64,000 bases of DNA from Gaiellales bacterium (GTDB lineage: Bacteria; Actinomycetota; Thermoleophilia; Gaiellales; JAICJC01): NCBI GenBank assembly GCA_045806525.1, contig JBJMJD010000087.1, positions 22,814 through 86,813 of the forward strand, in the 5' to 3' direction. The notes below the pieces were generated by a model that worked only from the letters and a program-made list of their open reading frames with translations, made no database searches and was not told the origin of the DNA. Position 1 is the stretch's first letter. The number at the start of each line of letters is the position of its first letter. Below are positions 1 to 9,478 of this stretch, piece after piece. The position numbers were made by a program, and so were the translations under genes.

Positions 1-1071
1 TCCCTCGAACCGGGCGACCGCCTGTTCGATCATGGCATCGTCACCGCGCGCCGAACCGAGCGCGCGCAGCGCGAACGGCTCGATGTACGTATCGGGAATG
101 AGCCATTCCGGAGCCAGCTTCTGGATGCGGGCGTGGTCGCCCAGTCTGACGAGCCCATCCATCACCGCGATCTGTACCCAAGCGGCCAGTAGGCCGTGGC
201 GTTGCCGTATGAGAGGCAGCGCCCCGTCCGCTGTAGCGGCTGCGGTTGCTGATCTGCCAGCCATGACCACAGCTCCCGGACGATCCGCGTCTTCCCGACC
301 CCCGGGTCGCCGGTAATCACCACCAGCTGTGGCTCACGCCGGCTGACGGTCTGCTCGTAGGCTGCGCGAAGGCCGTCCAGCTCGCGGTCGCGGCCGACGA
401 ACGCCGAGTGCAGTCCACCGACTCCGCGCGGGTGCATCAGCGAGAGGGCGCGCACGAGCCCGCGGGCGGGCAACTCCGCCGGGCTTGCCCTTGGCCTCGA
501 CGAGGATAGGGTCGTCCAGCTCGAATGCCCCTCGCACCGCCGCGGCTGTGCGTTCACCGACCAGGATCTCGCCAGCGCCGGCGGCCTGTTCCAGCCGCGC
601 ACCCACATTCACCGCGTCACCGGTGACGAACGATCCGCCCTCCCGGGCGCGGCCCACGACCACGTCTCCCGTGTTCACCCCGATGCGCAGGGCAAGGCGG
701 TCGCCGAACAGCTCATGCAGACGTTGCTGCATGGCCAGCGCTGCGTGCAGCGAGCGCTCGGCGTGATCCTCGAGGGCGAGGGGAGCGCCGAACGCCGCCA
801 TCACGGCGTCGCCGACGAACTTCTCGACCGTGCCGCCCGCGTGCTCGATCTCGGTCGCCATGGCGTCGTAGAAGGGGTCGAGCATCACGCGGATGCGCTC
901 GGGGTCCTCAGAGCCCGCCAGCGCGGTGGAGCCGACGAGGTCGGCGAACAGGACGGTCGCGACCTTCCGTTCCTCGGCGGCTTCCGCCGCGCGCTCGACC
1001 GGCGCAGCGCAGGCTGGACAGAACCGCGCTCCACTCGGGACGACAGCACCGCAGTGCGTGCACGCGGACAT
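1..1071 (-). pseudogene. Disrupted adenylate/guanylate cyclase + AAA ATPase large regulator gene (3' end leaves window)
   Basis: ORF 334..1071 has a Zn-ribbon (CTHCGAVVPSGARFCPAC) plus a class III cyclase domain (VATVLFADLVGST...GVNTGDVVVG...GDAVNVGARLE). The frame switches near 480-490 into ORF 162..608 (FVGRDRELDGL...VVITGDPGVGKTRIV...YWPLG), which stops at 162. A third frame (1..~185) reads ...EPFALRALGSARGDDAMIEQAVARFEG, which looks like the extreme C-terminus, so the AAA/TPR body appears deleted. Confidence 0.55.
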
Positions 1072-1176
1072 TGCGCGATTCTCGTCCCCCCGGGGGACGG
1101 GCGCAACCCGGGGCCCGTGGGCGCACCTCCGCGTAGACTCGTGGGGCCGGCACGATCACAACGCCAAGGAGACGAC

Positions 1177-1584
1177 ATGCAGCTGACCAGGAACAGCCTC
1201 GAGACCGCCCGCGGCCCCTCCGACTGGTTCACCGGCGCCGTCTACATCGACGCCGTGGCGGCGCCCGCCGCGGGCTCACGCCTGAGCGCGGTCAGCGTCC
1301 ACTTCACGCCCGGCGCGCGCACCGCCTGGCACACCCATCCCAACGGGCAGACCATCTACGTGACCGAGGGGGTCGGCCGGGCGCAGCATCGCGGCGGCCC
1401 GGTCGAGGAGATCCGCCCGGGCGACCGCGTCTTCTTCGAGCCGGGAGAGGAGCACTGGCACGGCGCCGCGCCCGACCGCTTCATGACGCACCTCGCGATG
1501 CTCGACGTCGACGAGGAGGGTAACAACGCCAGCTGGGGGGAGCACGTCAGCGACGCCGAATACACCGTCGCGCCCGGCTCGTAG
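1177..1584 (+). CDS. Cupin domain protein
   Basis: ATG at 1177 preceded by AAGGAG (1166-1171). Cupin metal motif region: HFTPGARTAWHTHPNGQTIYVTEG...EEHWHGA. Confidence 0.85.
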   Translation: MQLTRNSLETARGPSDWFTGAVYIDAVAAPAAGSRLSAVSVHFTPGARTAWHTHPNGQTIYVTEGVGRAQHRGGPVEEIRPGDRVFFEPGEEHWHGAAPDRFMTHLAMLDVDEEGNNASWGEHVSDAEYTVAPGS

Positions 1585-1588
1585 CTCG

Positions 1589-1972
1589 CTAGAGGCGAGC
1601 GGCCAGCACGATCAGCAGCGTGAGCATCATCGCGGCGATGAGGGCGCCGCGGGAAAGCCGCGTCAGCCAGCGCCCGGCGTGGTAGCGGGCGACCTGGCCG
1701 CCGACCGCGATCACCCGGCCGCTCGTCAGGGCCTCCAGCGGCGCGGCAGGGACGTCATGTACGGCGCGCTCCTGCCAGACGCGGATCATCTGCTCGGCCT
1801 CGCGCCGGTCGCTTCGGCGGTAGAACGGCAGTCGGCGCCGACGGTCGATCCAGTAGCCGAGTGCGTCCAGCGTCTCGGAGGGTCGCGGCCGCAGCAGTTC
1901 CGACACCTCAGGGCCCTGGTCGGCGTGCCAGGTGCGGGACTCGCGCAGCAGTGGCGCGACGACCGCTGCCAT
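1589..1972 (-). CDS. Hypothetical protein with C-terminal membrane anchor
   Basis: Lies inside ORF 1589..2152. The start cannot lie above ~2040 because of the upstream gene. I used ATG 1972; GTG 2014 is an alternative. C-terminal hydrophobic tail: GALIAAMMLTLLIVLAARL. Confidence 0.5.
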   Translation of the reverse strand: MAAVVAPLLRESRTWHADQGPEVSELLRPRPSETLDALGYWIDRRRRLPFYRRSDRREAEQMIRVWQERAVHDVPAAPLEALTSGRVIAVGGQVARYHAGRWLTRLSRGALIAAMMLTLLIVLAARL

Positions 1973-2043
1973 CCCCGCCAGGCGGTATCCGATCTTTGCG
2001 TACCTGATCACGACAGGAGGAACGGTAGCGCGTGCGGCGCTGT

Positions 2044-2523
2044 CTAGTGGTACGCGTGCATCACGGCGTGACCGCGGCCGCGGCCGATCAGCCAGCGGTT
2101 GACCGGAACGGTGAACACGAACGCCACCGCCAGCGACACCACCAGGCTCCACCAGAACAGGCCGTCGACGAGGCCGGCGGCGAGCGCGCCCGGGACGGCG
2201 ATGATGAACAGGTTATCGACGATCTCCATGGTGGTGATCGACACCGTGTCGGAGGCAAGGGCCAGGCGCGTTGCCGGGCGCAGGCTCATCACGGCCAGCA
2301 GCGGGCGAATCGTCAGCCCGTACCCGAACGCGAACGCGAGCACGATCGAGAGCACGATCGAGGCCGCGTTGCCGAGCCCGATCGCGGTCGCGATCACCAT
2401 GCCGAGCACCTCCCCGATCGCACAGCCGGTCAGGCAGTGCAGCGTCGCCGCCACAGCCAGACGCCAGGCTTCCCGCCCCTCCGTCGGGACGGGGTGTTGA
2501 GCCATTTCATGGGCCGGATCCAT
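2044..2523 (-). CDS. DUF4396-like integral membrane protein
   Basis: Inside ORF 2044..2661. ATG 2523 has GGGGAGAG upstream; ATG 2505 is an alternative. Conserved HCLTGCAIGE motif and several hydrophobic helices. Confidence 0.75.
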   Translation of the reverse strand: MDPAHEMAQHPVPTEGREAWRLAVAATLHCLTGCAIGEVLGMVIATAIGLGNAASIVLSIVLAFAFGYGLTIRPLLAVMSLRPATRLALASDTVSITTMEIVDNLFIIAVPGALAAGLVDGLFWWSLVVSLAVAFVFTVPVNRWLIGRGRGHAVMHAYH

Positions 2524-2580
2524 CCTCACATCTCTCCCCGGCGTTATACCGCAGTCGAGGTGAAGCGCCGGTGCCGTCGA

Positions 2581-2658
2581 AGTGGCCGGTTCTCCACTGC
2601 CGCATCCGGCCGAGAATGGCATCATGTATGTACCGGAGCCGGTTCTCCGGGCGTTTTT
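2581..2658 (+). promoter_or_regulatory. Candidate leader/attenuator of the FDH operon: two hairpins plus a T-run
   Basis: Hairpin 1: AGTGG(2581-2585)/CCACT(2594-2598), loop CCGGTTCT. Hairpin 2: CCGGAG(2633-2638)/CTCCGG(2645-2650), loop CCGGTT, followed by gcgTTTTT (2654-2658). There is an 11-nt direct repeat GCCGGTTCTCC at 2585-2595 and 2638-2648. Confidence 0.3.
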
Positions 2659-2684
2659 CAAGCTTTGAGAGGAGGTGATCGGTT

Positions 2685-4634
2685 ATGCGGAAGACACTGA
2701 CCCGGCTGACGCAGCCGATGGTGCGCGAGAACGGCGCGCTGCGCCCGGCCACGTGGGACGAGGCGCTCGATCGAGCCGCGAGCGGTTTCGACGCGGTGCG
2801 CGCGGCCGGCAACCCGAACGCGTTCGGGCTGTTCAGCTGCTCCAAGGCGACCAACGAGGTGAACTTCATCACCCAGAAGTTCACGCGCGTCGTCATGGGC
2901 ACCAACAACATCGACAGCTGCAACCGGACTTGACACGCACCCAGCGTCGTCGGTCTGGCGACGGTGTTCGGGGCCGGGGGCGGTACCAGCTCCTACCGGG
3001 AGGTCGAGGAGACCGATCTGATCTTCCTGTGGGGCTCGAACGCTCGTGAAACCCATCCGATCTTCTTCCATCGCGTGCTGAAGGCTGTGAACAACGGCGC
3101 GCGCCTGTTCGTCGTCGATCCGCGTCGCACCGGCTCGGCCCAGTGGGCCGACACCTGGCTCGGTCTCGACGTGGGCAGCGACGTCGCGCTCTCGAACGCG
3201 ATGGCGCGCGTGATCATCCACGCCGGCCTGCACAACCGCGAGTTCATTGACCGTGCCACCAGCGGCTTCGAGGAGTACGCGGCCAGCGTCGAGCCCTATA
3301 CGCTGGAGCGGGCTGAGCGCGACACGGGCATCCCGGCCGAGGCGATCCGCGAGTCGGCGCTCGCCTATGCCCGTGCCGACCGGGCCATGATCTGCTGGAC
3401 GCTCGGCATCACCGAGCACCACAACGCGGTTGACAACGTGTTCGCGCTGATCAACCTGGCGCTCTTGACCGGCCACGTCGGCCGCTACGGCTCGGGCCTG
3501 AACCCGCTGCGCGGCCAGAACAACGTGCAGGGCGGGGGCGACATGGGCGCGATCCCCAACAAGCTTCCCGGCTTTCAGGACGTCGAGGCGAACCACGAGG
3601 CACGGGCGCGGTTCGAGGCGGCCTGGGACACCACGATCCAGCCGAACTACGGATGGCACTTGACGCAGATGTTCGAGGCGATGGAGCGCGGTGAGCTGCG
3701 CTCGCTCTACGTCGTCGGCGAGAACCCGGCGCAGTCCGAGGCGGACGCCGCCCACACGCTGCACCTGCTCGAGAGCCTCGACCACCTGGTCGTCCAGGAC
3801 ATCTTCCTGACTCGCACGGCCGAACTGGCCGACGTCGTGCTGCCCGCGTCGGTCAGCTGGTGCGAGGCCGAGGGCACGGTCACCAACAGCGAGCGCCGCG
3901 TGCAGCGAGTGCGTAAGGCGCTCGACCCACCCGGCCAGGCCCGCGACGACATCGAGATCGTTGTCGAGATCGCTCGGCGGATGGGCCACGAGTGGAGCTA
4001 CGACGGCCCCGAGGCGGTGTGGACGGAGCTGCGGTCGCTGTCGCCGATGCATCGCGGCATGACGTACCCGCGGCTGGCCGAGCTGGGCGGCATCCAGTGG
4101 CCGTGCTGGGATGAGCAGCACGACGGCGAGCAGTTCCTGCACGCTCGCCTGTGGGACGAGCCGAAGGCAAGCGGCGATCCGGCTCCGTTCAACGTCGTGA
4201 ACAACGTGGCGCCGGTCGATGAGCTGTCGGACGAGTTCCCGATCCGGCTGACGACGGGGCGCCGCCTCGACTCCTACAACACGGGCGTCCAGAGCGGCGG
4301 CTACAGCTCGCCGCTGCGGCGGGGGGAGTCGCTCGATCTGTCGCCCGAGGACGCCGACCGCCTGGCCGTTGCCGACGGGGAGCGCGTGCGCGTCAGCTCG
4401 CGGCGGGGGTCGGTCGAAGCGCCGGTGCGGATCGATCCGACGCTGCGTCCGGGCCTGGCCTTCATGACGCTGCACTTCCCGGACCAGGTGGAGACGAACA
4501 TCCTCACCATCGACGCGACCGACCCGAAGTCGGGCACCGCCGAGTTCAAGGCCAGCGCGATCCGCGTGGACAAGCTCGACGCATCGGCCGCTGAGCAGCA
4601 GACCGCCGCCGGGGCCAACGTGGCGGCCCGCTAG
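2685..4634 (+). CDS. fdhA: Formate dehydrogenase catalytic (Mo/W-bisPGD) subunit, selenocysteine-containing (TGA 2931-2933 read as Sec)
   Basis: ORFs 2685..2933 and 2964..4634 share one frame, separated by one TGA. Context: NNIDSCNRT-TGA-HAPSVVGL. The rest reads as molybdopterin oxidoreductase and C-terminal molydopterin-binding domains. RBS GAGAGGAGG lies upstream of ATG 2685. Confidence 0.85.
2944..2966 (+). promoter_or_regulatory. SECIS-like hairpin downstream of the UGA
   Basis: GUCGUC(2946-2951)/GGCGAC(2957-2962) stem (includes one G-U pair) with apical loop GGUCU. It begins 12 nt after TGA 2931-2933. Confidence 0.55.
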
Positions 4635-4637
4635 CCG

Positions 4638-6494
<1,857 letters not shown>

Positions 6495-7433
6495 GTGAGC
6501 ACCGTACCCGTCACCATCAGCCGCACCGTCGAGCTCGAGATCGACGGCGAGAGCGTCCGCGTCCGGGAGGGCGCCACCATCCTCGACGCCTGCCGCGCGC
6601 AGGGTCGCGATCAGCCGACGCTCTGCTACGGCGACACCCTGACGCCCGTCAACGCCTGTCGTGTGTGCGTGGTCGAGGTCGAGGGCTCGCGGGTGCTGGT
6701 GCCGAGCTGTGCACGCAAGGCGGAGGACGGCATGGTGGTCAGGACCGACACCGAGCGCGTCCGCCACAGCCGCAAGATGGTGCTCGAGTTTCTGGGCTCC
6801 AGCGTCGACCTGACCACGGCGCCGGACGTGGACGGCTGGATGAACGAGTACGACGCCAGGCCCGAGCGCTACGGCCCGCCCGCGCCGCCCGCTGCCGAGG
6901 GCGCGCGCGACCGCGCCCAGGCCGGGCACCACCACGCGGGCGACGGCCAGACGGCCGCGACCGTGGCCCAGCCCGTGAAGGTGGACAACGAGAGCTACAT
7001 CCGCGACTACGCGAAGTGCATCCTCTGCTACAAGTGCGTCGAGGGTTGCGGCACCGACTGGCAGAACACCTTTGCGATCGCGGTGGCCGGACGCGGATTC
7101 GACGCGCGCATCTCCACGGAGTACGCGGCCCCGCTGCCCGACTCGGCATGCGTCTACTGCGGGAACTGCATCGCGGTCTGCCCGACCGGCGCGCTGATGT
7201 TCAAGAGCGAGCACGACATGCGCGAGGACGGCACCTGGGACGAGAGCGAGCAGACGGTGACCGAGACGATCTGCTCGTACTGCGGCGTTGGCTGCAGCCT
7301 GGAGCTGCACGTGCAGGACAACTCGATCGTGAAGGTCACCTCGCCGCTCGATCACGGGATCACGCGCGGGAACCTCTGCGTGAAGGGACGGTTCGGCTAC
7401 CAGTACGTGCAGAACCGCGCCGACGGGGAGTAG
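6495..7433 (+). CDS. Fe-S module of the FDH alpha subunit (2Fe-2S + 4Fe-4S ferredoxin + MopB N-terminal 4Fe-4S), encoded as a separate gene
   Basis: GTG 6495 abuts the stop at 6492-6494. Motifs: CYGDTLTPVNACRVC, CILCYKCVEGC, CVYCGNCIAVCP, CSYCGVGCSLE...CVKGRFGYQYV. Confidence 0.85.
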   Translation: MSTVPVTISRTVELEIDGESVRVREGATILDACRAQGRDQPTLCYGDTLTPVNACRVCVVEVEGSRVLVPSCARKAEDGMVVRTDTERVRHSRKMVLEFLGSSVDLTTAPDVDGWMNEYDARPERYGPPAPPAAEGARDRAQAGHHHAGDGQTAATVAQPVKVDNESYIRDYAKCILCYKCVEGCGTDWQNTFAIAVAGRGFDARISTEYAAPLPDSACVYCGNCIAVCPTGALMFKSEHDMREDGTWDESEQTVTETICSYCGVGCSLELHVQDNSIVKVTSPLDHGITRGNLCVKGRFGYQYVQNRADGE

Positions 7434-7585
7434 ATCCGGAGGCCAGATCGGCCTTTCCCCACGGATCCGAGGACTGCTTCCAGTTTCCTGCGAGGATCCG
7501 TACACAGATCTCAGGCCCTGTTTACACCCTCATCACAGCCGCAGCCGATGGTGAGGGCTGTACCCCGGAGCCAGCAGGAGGATCC

Positions 7586-8614
7586 ATGCCCCGACCCCGA
7601 TCGCTTACAACGCTGCTCGTCGCAGCCACCGCCCTGGCCATGTTCGCGGCCTTCACACCCGGCGCCAGCGGCCAGATCCGTGCGTCAGCCAGCGCCGTCC
7701 CGGCCGCCGTCACCAAAGCGCCGTGGCCGCGGCCGGCAGTCCCCAATGCGATCAGGATCCGGCTCCACGTCGGCACGGACACGCTGCACCTCAAGGATTC
7801 GCGCAACTACATCCTGCGCATGCCCAGGGTCAAGAAGACCGGCCCGCTGTTCATCCGCGGCGGCGGCAACGTCCGCCTGGTCGGCGGCTTCATGTCCACC
7901 AGGGTCAAGGGCCCGAACATCGTGATCATGGACGACGGCGGCACCCGCAACGGGCGCATCGTCCACATCGAGGGTCTGCTGATCAACGGGTCGAGCAGGG
8001 TGCCGTCCGACGGCATCAAGATCAAGGCTCCCCATACGATCGTGCAGCTCGAGCACGACCGCATCGTCGGCCTGCACGGCTCGCTGCGGGGCTACCACGC
8101 CGACGTTGTGCAGCCAGGAGGCGGCGTGAAGGAACTGCTGATCGACGACTTCACCGGCTCGAGCCACTACAACAACTTCTACTTCCGGCGGGAGACCAAC
8201 CCGCTGAAGCCGGCCATCGGGCGGGTCATCATCGAGAACGCCAACATGTTCGGCTACCAGAACCCCGGGACGATTCCGCGCCACACCCTGCGGGGCATCT
8301 CGATCGGCACGCAGCCGAACCCGCCGTCGAACGACAGTTCGGCGCTCAACTGCAACGTCACGAACGCGCTGTGGATGAGGAACTTCTGGGTGCGCCCGCC
8401 GCACGGCGTGCGTCCCGCGCAGTTCGTCTACCCACACGACCGCATGCGCGGCTCCGCGGCCCGCTGCGACTCCGCCTACAAGGCGAGCACGCACAGCGTC
8501 GACTGGCCCCACCTGCGGGCGTCGAACGGTGGCGTCGTGCACGGCGTCGTGCGTGTCGGCGTCCATCGCGCGTTCGTGCGAGCTCGTACCGTGGGACTCC
8601 ACTACCGCGGGTAG
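7586..8614 (+). CDS. Secreted hypothetical protein (signal peptide; possible beta-helix fold)
   Basis: ATG 7586 with AGGAGGA (7575-7582). N-terminus: MPRPRSLTTLLVAATALAMFAAFTPGASG. ORF 6665..8614 upstream of 7586 overlaps the FDH gene and is spurious. Confidence 0.75.
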   Translation: MPRPRSLTTLLVAATALAMFAAFTPGASGQIRASASAVPAAVTKAPWPRPAVPNAIRIRLHVGTDTLHLKDSRNYILRMPRVKKTGPLFIRGGGNVRLVGGFMSTRVKGPNIVIMDDGGTRNGRIVHIEGLLINGSSRVPSDGIKIKAPHTIVQLEHDRIVGLHGSLRGYHADVVQPGGGVKELLIDDFTGSSHYNNFYFRRETNPLKPAIGRVIIENANMFGYQNPGTIPRHTLRGISIGTQPNPPSNDSSALNCNVTNALWMRNFWVRPPHGVRPAQFVYPHDRMRGSAARCDSAYKASTHSVDWPHLRASNGGVVHGVVRVGVHRAFVRARTVGLHYRG

Positions 8615-8665
8615 AGTACGCCTGAGCCCCGAAGGATCGGGGGCCGGCACGTCGCGTGGAGGTTT

Positions 8666-9478
8666 GTGGTGGGGCTTCGAACTCGCCGGAGCACCGGCCG
8701 GGAGCTGCAGCTCGTCCTGGCCAGTCACGAGTGGCCGGCGGGTGGGTCGCTCAACGGCGAGGTGCGGGGCGCCGACGACGCCGTCACCATCACGATCGTG
8801 CGGCTCGAGCGCTCTCCCTCGGCCACGCTGTCGTTCGGCGTCAGCGACTGCGAAGTGGTGCCGGTCGACGGCCGCGCGGAGTTCGAGCTGCCGCTGCCCG
8901 ACGGGCTGCCACCGGGCTGGTCGGGGGAGCGGACGGGGCTCGGGTACGCGATCCGTGCCCTCAGCGGCTCGCGCCGCAACCGCCGGCACGGAGCGGTGCC
9001 GTTGGTGATCTCAGGCGGCGAGCAGGCGATCCACCAGAGCCACCATGCCGACCGCGTGATCGCGTCGCACCCGGGGCGCCGGTTTCACCTGGAGCTGTCC
9101 GACGTCCGACTGCAGGGCGGCGGCCACATCCAGTGCCGCGTGCACGCCGAGCAGGGGCTCGACGAGGGCAGCGTCGTGATCGTTGCCCGCTTCGAGGAGG
9201 CGTGGCGCACCAATCTGCGGATCCGCAACCGCAGGCATCCGCCGCTCTGGCACAGCCGGTCGCTGTGGCAGGAGCAGGCCACGGTCGAGCTGGGCGGGGA
9301 CCGGCGCTGGTATCCGTGCAGCTTCGACATCCCGGTCGGGCTGCCGCCCGCCGTCGAGGCCCGCACGCTCGCCTGGCGGTACGAGATCGACGCACGGCGG
9401 GCGCCGCGGCGGGGAGTGGCGGATCACGCCGCGCTGACGCCCCTGCGCTTCGACCTCGCTCAGCCGCCGTCCGCGTAG
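8666..9478 (+). CDS. Hypothetical two-domain protein, arrestin-N/Spo0M-like (inferred)
   Basis: GTG 8666 with GTGGAGG upstream. An internal duplication ends each half with F-[ED]-[LI]-P...GLPP...Y-x-I-x-A (AEFELPLPDGLPPGWSG...LGYAIRA and CSFDIPVGLPPAVEA...WRYEIDA). Confidence 0.65.
   Translation: MVGLRTRRSTGRELQLVLASHEWPAGGSLNGEVRGADDAVTITIVRLERSPSATLSFGVSDCEVVPVDGRAEFELPLPDGLPPGWSGERTGLGYAIRALSGSRRNRRHGAVPLVISGGEQAIHQSHHADRVIASHPGRRFHLELSDVRLQGGGHIQCRVHAEQGLDEGSVVIVARFEEAWRTNLRIRNRRHPPLWHSRSLWQEQATVELGGDRRWYPCSFDIPVGLPPAVEARTLAWRYEIDARRAPRRGVADHAALTPLRFDLAQPPSA

Noticed and set aside
2524-2684. Calling the fdh leader a Moco (moaA-type) riboswitch
   Set aside because: It is tempting because Moco riboswitches precede some Mo-enzyme genes. 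However, I cannot reproduce the consensus helices or conserved nucleotides from memory with enough certainty. I left it as an unnamed attenuator candidate pending an Infernal scan.
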